A stretch of 64,000 nucleotides of DNA from an uncultured bacterium (GTDB taxonomy: Bacteria > Bdellovibrionota_C > UBA2361 > CALJRW01), in NCBI GenBank assembly GCA_937976335.1, contig CALJRW010000035.1, positions 308-64,307 on the forward strand, read 5' to 3'. Shown in pieces: positions 30,990-40,700 of this stretch. The notes under the pieces were generated by a model. That model did not search any database. It was given only the letters and a program-made list of their open reading frames with translations, and was not told where the DNA came from. The first letter of the stretch is position 1, and each line of letters opens with the position of its first letter. Both the position numbers and the translations under genes were made by a program.

Positions 30990-31463
30990 ATGATAACTGG
31001 AAGAAGCAGTTTTGTATTACTGACCATTATTTTTTTATCCAGCAACATTGCGCTTGCAAAAGGACCGTCAGTAGCTCTTAAAGGAGAAATTGAGAATTTA
31101 AAGCTAGATTCAAATGGCAGAAAAATAGAGCTTGCCTTTTCTGGTTCATTGAGATGGGTTCAATCTGCTCGTGCTTCCGATTGGATTTTTATGGAATTAT
31201 CTGCCCAACTGAAGAACTTTGAACTTAAATGGGACTCGGTAATGTGCGAGAGTAAAAATTCAAAAACCGAAACACCCTCCTTAGTAATGTCAGGCATGAA
31301 TAGTCGGAAAGATATTTTAGACTGCATAAGTCAGTATAAGGAAGTTTATATTGAAATTCCGATTACTCCAATGTTTGAGCTAAACTATAGAGGGCGAAAA
31401 ATTGAGAGTATTAAAGGTAATCTTAGCCTTCATTTTCAACCAATCGAAAATTATCCGTATTAA
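30990..31463 (+). CDS. Small secreted protein, unknown function
   Basis: Signal peptide (ALA-KG), 157 aa. Confidence 0.35.
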   Translation: MITGRSSFVLLTIIFLSSNIALAKGPSVALKGEIENLKLDSNGRKIELAFSGSLRWVQSARASDWIFMELSAQLKNFELKWDSVMCESKNSKTETPSLVMSGMNSRKDILDCISQYKEVYIEIPITPMFELNYRGRKIESIKGNLSLHFQPIENYPY

Positions 31464-31522
31464 AGCTATGAACTTTCATGTAACAGTTTGTGTGAGCTCA
31501 TGGCCAACAACGAGGAGAGCTC

Positions 31523-31942
31523 TTGTATAAATTTATAATCTTTATAATTATTCTGATTCATCCCATTCAATTACTTGCTGAGTGTAACTGCACATCAAGT
31601 TTTAGTGATAGAACTCCTAAGGTCAGCTTTATAGGTCGAGTTGTAGGAAAAACATCCCCAAAGAATTGGCCCGGGCCTGGACAAAAGTATACTGAAGGTA
31701 AATTTTGGGCCACTTTCGAAGTAGAAAGATTCACATCCTTCGACAAATTTAAAGATCAATCGATAGTAAAGCTTATAAAAAAACGAAAACGGGTTTTTGT
31801 TGACTCTGTAACAAAAGCTAATGATTGCAGAATTAAGTTTGAAGTTGGAAAAAGATATAACATAAATGTTAGTATATATGGTAAGATTGGAACTATGGAG
31901 AGATGGGGAACAAATGCATGTAATGCAAAGTTAGCTATGTAA
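31523..31942 (+). CDS. Small secreted cysteine-containing protein, unknown function
   Basis: Signal peptide (LLA-EC), 139 aa, 6 Cys. Confidence 0.35.
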   Translation: MYKFIIFIIILIHPIQLLAECNCTSSFSDRTPKVSFIGRVVGKTSPKNWPGPGQKYTEGKFWATFEVERFTSFDKFKDQSIVKLIKKRKRVFVDSVTKANDCRIKFEVGKRYNINVSIYGKIGTMERWGTNACNAKLAM

Positions 31943-32229
31943 CAAAAGATTTGACTGCATTTGCTTGGCTCTGGGATCTAGCCTACAGCCTACATTTATA
32001 CCACCCAAGTCACTTTGTAGAACAAAATCAGTACTTTTTAACTTTTATGTAATAATTAAGCGTATTAAACGAGTTATTGCAGTGCTCATTAGTTAAATTC
32101 AGTTAGAGTGATAGGTGGCATATCAATTGAAGATTTATATGACAGAAAATTAGATAAGCAAGCAGTAGGCGAGCATTTAAGATCGATTATTGATAGTACA
32201 CAAAATATGTGACATAATTTTACAAGTTA

Positions 32230-32667
32230 ATGAAAAAGTTTAATTCGCTTACAAAAGGAATATTATTTTTTGTATTTCTCACTAGTGGCATCCAGTCGTT
32301 TCTATTTAAAAACCTTTCTATTCCTTCCTTAGAATTTAACTTTCCTTCTGCAGGGTGGATTCTAGTAGTATTAGTATTTTGTCTGCAATTGGCTTTTCTG
32401 ACAGGATTTGTTTTTGTTGCTAATAAATTATGTTCTTATGCCATAGATTCGTTGGGGATTTCATGGCCTAAATGGATAGATTCTATATTTGCTATATCTA
32501 ATTTTAAAGATTTTTGGCAAACTGCTGGTTTTTTAGTTCTTTCATCGGGCTTAGCTTTTTTCTTAACAGCTCCTTTTGTGGGCTGGTTCTCTTTTTTTGT
32601 AGGATTGTTTTTTATATCATTTGCTGTTTCAGTCTTATTCGGTGCATATCTTTCACGTCCAAAATGA
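32230..32667 (+). CDS. Small 4-TM membrane protein, unknown function
   Basis: 145 aa, four hydrophobic segments; stop overlaps the next start as ATGA. Confidence 0.35.
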   Translation: MKKFNSLTKGILFFVFLTSGIQSFLFKNLSIPSLEFNFPSAGWILVVLVFCLQLAFLTGFVFVANKLCSYAIDSLGISWPKWIDSIFAISNFKDFWQTAGFLVLSSGLAFFLTAPFVGWFSFFVGLFFISFAVSVLFGAYLSRPK

Positions 32668-33176
32668 AACATCATCAAGGGGTTATCCCAAGAATTACGA
32701 GCGGTTCTTGTCACTTAAAATTTAGTGAACCTTGGATGGGTAAGGTTATAATGAGCCTAAGCTCTACTGGAGATTTACACTTATCTGGTTATATGCAGCA
32801 CAGTGGAACGTGGGTTGCTGAAAGTATGCAACTAGATGGGATTAAACTTGAGGTAGATATAAACACACAATCAATAGAGAAGAAACTCAACGAAATTGCT
32901 AAAGCTGGCATTTTGAGTTCTCATTCAAGTATATCTCCAGTTGAAAATACTTGCGTAATAGGTGGTGCTATAGCTTATTTCGATGGTCATGTGGTTTCTT
33001 TTTGTGGAATTAGTACAGACTTTGGAGGTCTCAGTCGTTCTGCATTACTTTTATGCCTTACAGACCAATTTACAAGTGAAAAAATTCTCTTTGGCCCATC
33101 AATTGAAGAAAATGATGGTAAATATATTCTTCCAATGGGTCTAGAAATATTTAAGGTATGGAAAAATAGAAATTGA
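32664..33176 (+). CDS. Hypothetical soluble protein translationally coupled to the upstream membrane protein
   Basis: ATG at 32664 overlaps the TGA at 32665-32667 (ATGA). The longer ORF-track start at 32514 runs through the preceding gene and is rejected. Confidence 0.35.
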   Translation: MKHHQGVIPRITSGSCHLKFSEPWMGKVIMSLSSTGDLHLSGYMQHSGTWVAESMQLDGIKLEVDINTQSIEKKLNEIAKAGILSSHSSISPVENTCVIGGAIAYFDGHVVSFCGISTDFGGLSRSALLLCLTDQFTSEKILFGPSIEENDGKYILPMGLEIFKVWKNRN

Positions 33177-33460
33177 TAAGTCTTTAAGAGCTTTCTTAAT
33201 TTGTGGATTGGGTATGGATTAGATTGGGGAGGTACGAATCAGTGTAGCACATCAAAGTAATTTCTCTATCAAAATCAGGAAAATATTAACTTCTAGTTAC
33301 TTTGCTATTAATATTAATAGTCACTCTAATGATAAAACTAGAGATAATTTTAGAACTTTTACTTACATAAATGAGAAGAAGCATCCGGTAGAAAGCCAGC
33401 TTTGTATTCATTTGAACCACTAATGAAGTTAGTTAGGGTATGAATAATGCGAATTAACCG

Positions 33461-35131
33461 TTATTTAAAAACTTCCCCGTACTCAACAACCGCATCCAAA
33501 ACTTTTTGATTCTCAGCTTTTTTTTCCTCTAACTCGATTTTCAACCTTTCAGCTAAAGAAAAATCCTTAATTTTAATTGCAGTCTTAAACAAACCTAACT
33601 GTCCTTCAAAATGCTCGTGATCAATTTTAAGTAATTTCTGATATGACAGTTTCGCTTTATCATAATTCCTTTCCTTAAATTCAAGTTCTCCTAGTAAATT
33701 CAGTGCTTCTTTATGTTCAGGATGAATCTCTAAGGTTCTTTCAAGCCAATTTCTTGCTTTCCACATGTCTTCTTGAAGGAAAAATAATTTTCCATATCCG
33801 AAAGCTGCATTTGAATTTTTTGGATATACATCAAGTGATTTTTTGAATTGGATTTCTGCATCTAAAAATTTTTCTTTATTTAAAAGATGAAATCCATAAT
33901 TAGATAGCATTTTAGTACTTTTTTTATAACTCTTAGTTTCATAATGAAATAAAGAATCGTTGTTATACCAAACTTGTGCATGTAAAATAGTTTTTAGTGA
34001 AAATACTATTAATAGTAGATTCATACAAATTTTAAACACTTTCAGTTCCAGCATTGTACTTAAAAGACAGGTAAGAAAGCCAATTATTCCAAGACTTGGA
34101 ACAAAAGCTAAATGCTCTCCAAATATTTTTTCAGTCGGCAAGATAATATTTGAAGTTAGTAAAAAAGAAATAAAAAATAAAATTGGGAAAAATGAGAATT
34201 TACTTTTTCTGTGTAGTGTGAAAGAAGTAATGGCTAAAAATATTAATACTATGGATAAATAAGAATACATTTCTGTATTCCAATTTAAAGCAATCTTATT
34301 AAATGAATAATCAGAACTGAGAATAAAAGGAAAAATTGTTAAAGCGATGTATTTACCTAAAAGTAAAAAAGCAAAGCAAAATCGTTCTGTAAAGTCTAAA
34401 AATGTAAGTGGATTGTTGATAAAACTAGATGAATCTTTAAGTTGTAAAAATAGTTTTGAATCTAGAGCATTGAATCTTAAAGCAAGATAAAGAAGTAATG
34501 TAAAAATTGTAAAACTTAAAAAAAGAATAATAGTATTTAACTGAAGTGGTTTTTTCTTAGTAAAAAAATAAAATAGTGGTAATATTAAAATGAAAACAAA
34601 GCCGCTTTCTTTACTTAAGAGAGATAGTAAAAGAAAAATAAATGTCCAAAAAAGTGTAGAGAGTTTATTTTTTTCAAAAGTTTTTTGAGCGCAGTAAATG
34701 AATGCTAAACCAAAGAAGGCACACAAACTTTCAGTTCTATACGAAATATTTGATACTACTTCAGTGTGTATTGGGTGAGCTACAAAAAGAAGGCTAATAT
34801 AAACAGCATATCTGCTATTTAAAAAATTAGATAACAAAAGGTAAACTAGCAGGCAACATAAGGCGTATAAAACTATATTTGTTAAATGGTAAGGAAGAGG
34901 GTCTAATTTATAATAATGATAAGTTAGTGCGTAGGTTAATGATGAAATTGGTCTATATAAGTTTCCAGGCCATGTTTTGCTTGAAAAAATTTTAGGAATA
35001 TCATTTAGTGTTTTGATATGAGTGCTTGAGTGAATATGGTGAAAGTCTTCAGCTGCAAATTGATGATCTAGAGTTTCAATATATAGGGCGAAACTAAGTA
35101 TAAAGATTAATATTGGGTAAAAAGATTTCAT
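33461..35131 (-). CDS. Polytopic membrane protein (PMT/GT39-like) with C-terminal TPR repeats
   Basis: About 11 TM segments in the first 400 aa; the C-terminal 150 aa show TPR-like repeats (YGKLFFLQEDMWKARNWLERTLEIHPEHKEALNLLGELEF...). Confidence 0.4.
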   Translation of the reverse strand: MKSFYPILIFILSFALYIETLDHQFAAEDFHHIHSSTHIKTLNDIPKIFSSKTWPGNLYRPISSLTYALTYHYYKLDPLPYHLTNIVLYALCCLLVYLLLSNFLNSRYAVYISLLFVAHPIHTEVVSNISYRTESLCAFFGLAFIYCAQKTFEKNKLSTLFWTFIFLLLSLLSKESGFVFILILPLFYFFTKKKPLQLNTIILFLSFTIFTLLLYLALRFNALDSKLFLQLKDSSSFINNPLTFLDFTERFCFAFLLLGKYIALTIFPFILSSDYSFNKIALNWNTEMYSYLSIVLIFLAITSFTLHRKSKFSFFPILFFISFLLTSNIILPTEKIFGEHLAFVPSLGIIGFLTCLLSTMLELKVFKICMNLLLIVFSLKTILHAQVWYNNDSLFHYETKSYKKSTKMLSNYGFHLLNKEKFLDAEIQFKKSLDVYPKNSNAAFGYGKLFFLQEDMWKARNWLERTLEIHPEHKEALNLLGELEFKERNYDKAKLSYQKLLKIDHEHFEGQLGLFKTAIKIKDFSLAERLKIELEEKKAENQKVLDAVVEYGEVFK

Positions 35132-35149
35132 GTAAAAAAAATTTAAGGA

Positions 35150-36211
35150 CTACTCATCATTTAAGTCTAAATTTTCTGACTCAGCAATTTCATTAACAGA
35201 TTGTTTTAACAATTCGTCAACTTGATCTTCTGGTACCTCACTTGGTAAAGAGTAACCCATTCTAAGTAAGAGAGAAGAATCTCTAGGTGTAAAGCCAGCA
35301 TGTTGCCATTGAATTGCAAGAAGAGGGGAAAAAAGAACGTCCATCCATGGTTTTGCATCTTCAGGGTGAAAGCCTGCAGAATGCCATTCAGAAACAATTA
35401 GAGGATCTTCTACGTTAAATGTTTTCCATAAACTAGCTTCCTTAACGCCTAGTTCAAATGCTCGCCAATAGCCTGCTTGTGTAGCATTGTATCCAGCTTC
35501 TTCCCATGCCTTTGCCTCAAGAGAATGAAAATCAGCCTCTTCAAAACTAATATCTTCTTTTACTTTTCCTGTTATTTGTAGGATGTCATGAGCTTGAGTT
35601 CTTAAAATTCCTGGTAAGGTTCTACATGAAAATCTTAAATGATCGTAGAAATTAGGATTAATTTTATCTTTATCTTTAAATAATTTAATAAATTCACTTG
35701 TTAATTCTAGATTTTGTTTTAAGTTTTCATCAATATATTCACTTATATTGTCAAGAGTATTGATTTTAAAAAAGTTGTTAAACTTTAAAATTCCTCTTAC
35801 ATAGTTATCTTTGGAATAAGCGCATTGTCCAAAAGAAGAGATAAGAAAAATTACATTTTCTTTTTCTTGGTAATAGTTTTCATTTAAAATGATAGCTTTA
35901 ATTTTATTCGCTTGATCTTTTAACTTTTCTTTTTCTGCTGCAAGATCGCTTAGTAAAGTCTTTTGTTGTTCGATTTTTTCAGCACTTTCGTCAGAGCTAA
36001 AGAGTAATTTTCCTTTGTACAAATCTTCTGTGTGCTTTCTAATATTTTGCAAAGCAATTTTAACATTTTTAATTCTTTCTTCATTAAAGTTTGAATCTTG
36101 GAGTTGTGAAAAAATATTTTGCTGAGCAAAAATTCCTTGAAAAAGTGCAGAATAATAGTTAAGTGTTCTGTGAGAGTATATGAGATATTTATTGTCTTTA
36201 GAATTGTTCAT
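35150..36211 (-). CDS. Hypothetical protein with C-terminal W-x-x-AGF/Y repeats
   Basis: Three repeats spaced about 22 aa apart (AWEEAGYNATQAGYW / EWHSAGFHPEDAKPW / QWQHAGFTPRDSS); family not recognised. Confidence 0.35.
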   Translation of the reverse strand: MNNSKDNKYLIYSHRTLNYYSALFQGIFAQQNIFSQLQDSNFNEERIKNVKIALQNIRKHTEDLYKGKLLFSSDESAEKIEQQKTLLSDLAAEKEKLKDQANKIKAIILNENYYQEKENVIFLISSFGQCAYSKDNYVRGILKFNNFFKINTLDNISEYIDENLKQNLELTSEFIKLFKDKDKINPNFYDHLRFSCRTLPGILRTQAHDILQITGKVKEDISFEEADFHSLEAKAWEEAGYNATQAGYWRAFELGVKEASLWKTFNVEDPLIVSEWHSAGFHPEDAKPWMDVLFSPLLAIQWQHAGFTPRDSSLLLRMGYSLPSEVPEDQVDELLKQSVNEIAESENLDLNDE

Positions 36212-36265
36212 TTTTATATCTTATCCCTTCGGGGAGTTATAGAAAATTTAATTTCCATGTTAAAC

Positions 36266-36682
36266 TTAATTTTCATTTTTTACATTTTTTCTTAAGTTTT
36301 TTAAATTTCCCCTTTTTTTCTTTTCGTTTAGCATTTTTTCCTTTGCTCTTTTAGAGCGTTTTTTCTTCTGTCGTCTTATTTTTTCAATTTCTTGCTGTTT
36401 TTTGCTCTTTTCATTTTCCAGTTGTTCTTTTAGCTTTTCAATAAGTTTTTTTCTTGCATAATACCTATTAAAACCTTGAGAACGACTTTTCTGACATCTT
36501 ATCTCTATTCCACTTGTTTTGTGAACTAATTGAACGCAAGAAGACGTTTTATTTACTTTTTGACCTCCAGAACCAGAGCCAAGAATGAATTTTTCTTCCA
36601 AATCTTCTTCCTTTATTCCTAATCTGTTCATTTCTAAAAGGAGTTTTTTCTCTTTATCATCGCTAACAGGAAACTTTCCCAT
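36266..36682 (-). CDS. arfB: RF-1-domain peptidyl-tRNA hydrolase (ArfB/ICT1-like ribosome rescue factor)
   Basis: GSGGQKVNKTSS (GGQ motif) followed by a lysine/arginine-rich C-terminal tail; 138 aa. Confidence 0.5.
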   Translation of the reverse strand: MGKFPVSDDKEKKLLLEMNRLGIKEEDLEEKFILGSGSGGQKVNKTSSCVQLVHKTSGIEIRCQKSRSQGFNRYYARKKLIEKLKEQLENEKSKKQQEIEKIRRQKKKRSKRAKEKMLNEKKKRGNLKNLRKNVKNEN

Positions 36683-37229
36683 AGGTTTTTTCTCCTGTAA
36701 AGATAAGGTTCATTTTTTGATCATGCTTATCTACTGGTAAACATTCAAGAATTTGAGATTCATAGGCTAAGCCAACTTTAAGTGAGTCAGGATATTTTAA
36801 GAGCAATCTATCATAAAAACCAGCTCCATAACCTAATCGATTGAGTTTTTTATCAAATCCTAGAGCTGGGATAAAAAAAATATCAATTTTACCTTCATAT
36901 TTAATTTTATCTTTTGGAAATTTAAATCCTTTTGAAGATGTTGATAAGTCATTTAAGCTACTCAAAATTACTGGTGAAAGTTCATTTATAGAACCTCCTG
37001 GGCAAGTTGTTAGTATATTTTGAGAGAGGGTATATTTAATTATTTCTTCTGTGTTTACTTCGTCCTTCATTGATAAATAACAGTGTATAGATAGAGGTTT
37101 AACCTTATCGATAAGTTTCTTTGCTTGGTAGAAAATATCTAACTCTACGCTCTTAGACAGATTTTTAGCTCTTAAAGTTTTGAGTTTTTTTCTTAAAATA
37201 GCTTTTTCTTTAGAAGGATAATTTTTCAT
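36663..37229 (-). CDS. 5-formyltetrahydrofolate cyclo-ligase
   Basis: C-terminal GYGAGFYDR motif and a size (188 aa) typical of 5-FCL. Confidence 0.55.
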   Translation of the reverse strand: MKNYPSKEKAILRKKLKTLRAKNLSKSVELDIFYQAKKLIDKVKPLSIHCYLSMKDEVNTEEIIKYTLSQNILTTCPGGSINELSPVILSSLNDLSTSSKGFKFPKDKIKYEGKIDIFFIPALGFDKKLNRLGYGAGFYDRLLLKYPDSLKVGLAYESQILECLPVDKHDQKMNLIFTGEKTYGKVSC

Positions 37230-37406
37230 TTATTTAGTGCAGTAAATTTAACATCTTAAGTTTTAGTACGTAGCTAACCTTAGAATGACTTCAAAAATAT
37301 AAAGGAAGCATGAAAAATTTCAAAAATAAAAACTAGGTTATTCTACTAGTTTAAACAAAGAGTGGTAAATTTGAGAAAAAAATCTATAGACACGCATTAG
37401 ATTAAA

Positions 37407-37453
37407 AGTCTATATCTTGTAGTAGGGGAGATTTACAACACAAGATATTGTGG
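37407..37453 (+). promoter_or_regulatory. Putative tandem NrdR boxes upstream of nrdA
   Basis: acacaagatattgtgg (37438-37453) is a good match to the 16-bp NrdR palindrome consensus acaCwAtATaTwGtgt. A weaker copy agtctatatcttgtag (37407-37422) lies 31 bp centre-to-centre upstream, the canonical spacing. Confidence 0.3.
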
Positions 37454-37723
37454 TTTTTTCCTTTTTTTAAGAGAATAAGCCTTTGGTTTATTTTATAACA
37501 TCGTTTTATTTTTATTCGAATTTGTTATTGTGTTCTGGATACTGGGTTCTGGGTTTTGTGTTCCGGATACTGTGTTCTGTTCCTGAGTGCTGTTTTGCTG
37601 GCATGTGCTACAGGCATCTACTGCTGGCACTTGTAGTCTTAGGACTAGGATTGGGGGCTAGGATCGGTTTAGAGCTATTTCAAATTAGATATAAAGATAT
37701 AACACATTCTGGAGTAATTTTAG

Positions 37724-40700
37724 ATGGATCAAGTCGGTAGTCAATCAGAAGTTTCAACTCAATTAAAAGAGAGCCAAAATTTAAAAAATGTTGAAAAAGT
37801 TAATACAAAAACTAAAGATCTTAATCCTAATATAACAGTAGTTAAACGTAATGGAATGCTTGTGCCATTTCGAAATGATAGAATTTTTCGTGCCATTGAA
37901 GCTGCATGGCGCGCAACAAAAAACGTTCCAGTGACAGAACAAATTTCTAAAGAAGATTATACTGCAATTCAAAACATTGCTTTTGAAGTTGTAAAAGAAG
38001 CAACTTCGATGGCTCTTAAAGGAGCTTGCCTTACAGTTGAGGGAATTCAAGACATAGTAGAAGTTAAGTTAATGGAAAGCGAAAAGTATGATGTCGCTAG
38101 AAACTATATAGTTTATAGAGATGAGCAAAAAGAAGTTAGAGATGATTCTGCTAGAAATTTAAAAATACTCAGAAGAGACGGAAAGAAGTTTGTTCGATTT
38201 AATCCTATGAAGATTGCTTCTGCAATTGAAAAAACAATTCGTGCTTCTAGAAAAATAGAAGGAAAATCTTCTAGAGAAATTATTGATACTGTTAATTTAT
38301 TAACAAATAAAGTTGTTGCTCAAGCTAGAGTGTTGGTTGCTGATGGTGAAACTTTAGAAATTGAACGTATACAAGATGAAATTGAACGTCAGATGATGGC
38401 AGAAGGGTTTTATCAGGAAGCTAAAGACTTTATTTTATATAGAGCTGAACGATCTGCCTTAAGAACTTTAAATAAAGAAGATCGAGTTAAAGAAGAAGTT
38501 GTAGTTGCTAAAGAGGAAAGTGAAGTTCAAGAATTTAATGTGACTTCAAAAGAAGGTGTAGTTTCTAAAATAAAAGAAACAGACTTACGAGCGAGAGTTG
38601 ATTATGCCTGCGCAAATTTAAAAAATGTGTCAGCTGAAGAAGTTTATCAAGATGTAATTAAGAATTTTTATGAAGGAATTAAAGAAGACGAAATTGATCA
38701 AGCGTATATCATGTCTGCAAGATCAAAAGTTGAGACGGAGCCTAGTTATTCTTCAGTAACTGCTAGAATTCTTCTTGATATTATTTATAAAGAAACGTTT
38801 GGCGTTCCTGCTTGGGCAGAAAACGTAGAAGAGTCTCATAGAGAGTACTTTAAAAAGTATATTGAGAAGGGAATAGAGTACAAAAGACTTACCCCAGAAC
38901 TTCGCGACTTTGATCTTAATGAATTAGCTGAAGCTTTAGATATGAAGAGAGATTTAGATTTTACCTATCTCGGAATTCAAACCATTTACGATCGTTATTT
39001 AATTCATGAAAATGATGTTAAAATTGAAACTCCACAAATCTTTTGGATGAGAGTGGCAATGGGATTAAGTTTAGGAGAGGGAGAGCAAAAGAATAAACGC
39101 GCCATTGAGTTTTATGATACTTTATCTCAGTTTAATTTTGTTTCAAGTACACCTACTTTGTTTAATTCAGGAACTTGTCATTCTCAAATGAGTTCATGTT
39201 ATTTGTCGACAACAAATGACGATCTTTCTCATATTTTTAAAGTGATTTCTGATGATGCTCAGCTTTCAAAATGGGCTGGTGGTTTAGGAAACGACTGGAC
39301 TAATGTGCGAGCTACGGGGTCTGTTATAAAAGGTACAAACGGTAGATCTCAAGGTGTAATACCATTTCTTAAGGTAGCAAATGATACCGCAGTAGCAGTA
39401 AATCAGGGTGGTAAGAGAAAAGGTGCAATGTGCTCTTACTTAGAAACTTGGCATTTGGATATAGAAGATTTTCTTGAGTTAAGAAAAAATACTGGAGACG
39501 AAAGAAGAAGAACGCATGATATGAATACAGCCAATTGGATTCCAGATTTGTTTATGGAGAGAGTGGTTAATAATGGTAATTGGACGCTGTTTAGCCCAAG
39601 TGATGTTTCAGATTTACATGATAAATATGGTACAGATTTTCGTACTGCCTATGAAAAATATGAAAAAATGGCAGACTCTGGAGAGATTAAATTATTCAAA
39701 AGAGTTGAAGCAGTAACGATATGGAGAAAAATGTTAAGTATGCTCTTTGAGACTGGACACCCATGGATTACATTCAAAGACCCATCTAACATTCGTTCGC
39801 CGCAAGATCATGCAGGTGTTGTTCATAGTTCTAATTTGTGTACTGAAATTTTACTAAACACTTCTGAATCAGAAACTGCAGTTTGTAATCTTGGTTCGAT
39901 AAATTTAGTTAAGCATACTGATGAAAATGGTTTAAATAGAGAAAAAGTTGAAAAAACTGTTAGAACTGCAATGCGTATGCTTGATAACGTTATAGATATT
40001 AATTTTTATCCAACTCCAGAAGCTGAAAATTCTAATATGAAGCATAGGCCTGTAGGTTTAGGATTAATGGGATTTCAAGATGCCTTGTATATTCAAGACT
40101 ATAGTTATGCAAGTCCTGAAGCTGTTCGTTTTGCAGATGAATCTCAAGAGCTAATTTCTTATTATGCAATTTTAGCCTCATCTGATCTTGCAAAAGAAAG
40201 AGGTGCATATCCTTCATACAAAGGTTCTAAATGGGATAGAGGACTTCTTCCAATTGATACTATTGCTCTCTTAGAAGAAGAGCGAGGAGGAGGATACCTT
40301 GATGTTGATTCAACAGCTTCTTTGGATTGGACTTTGGTGAGAAAGGCAATTAAAGAAAATGGAATGCGAAATAGTAACACTATGGCAATTGCGCCTACTG
40401 CGACAATTGCAAATATCACGGGTCTTACTCAATCAATAGAGCCTACTTACAAACATTTATTTGCTAAGTCTAACCTCTCAGGGGAGTTTGTTGTTGTTAA
40501 TACATATTTAGTGGATAAACTTAAGTCTCTTGGTATTTGGGATGAAGAAATGGTGGACGATCTAAAGTATTTTGATGGATCTTTATTAGAGATAGAAAGA
40601 ATTCCTGAGAATGTTAAAAAGGTCTACCTTACTGCATTTGAAATTGAGCCGGAGTGGATTATTGAGTGTGCAAGTAGAAGACAAAAGTGGATTGATATGG

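Noticed and set aside
32514-33176. Long form of the ORF starting at 32514
   Set aside because: The first 150 nt overlap the preceding 4-TM gene out of frame. The ATG at 32664 forms a classic ATGA stop-start overlap, so the shorter 32664 start is preferred.
37230-37723. Cobalamin riboswitch upstream of nrdA
   Set aside because: Considered because RNR genes are sometimes B12-regulated, but no B12-box-like (rAGYCMGgAgaCCkGCc) sequence is present and class Ia RNR is not B12-dependent.
37483-37740. 85-aa ORF in the nrdA leader
   Set aside because: Overlaps the nrdA start in another frame, its translation is Cys/Leu/Gly-rich with no protein-like features, and it lies in a compositionally odd repeat-containing segment. 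Treated as non-coding leader (see finding).
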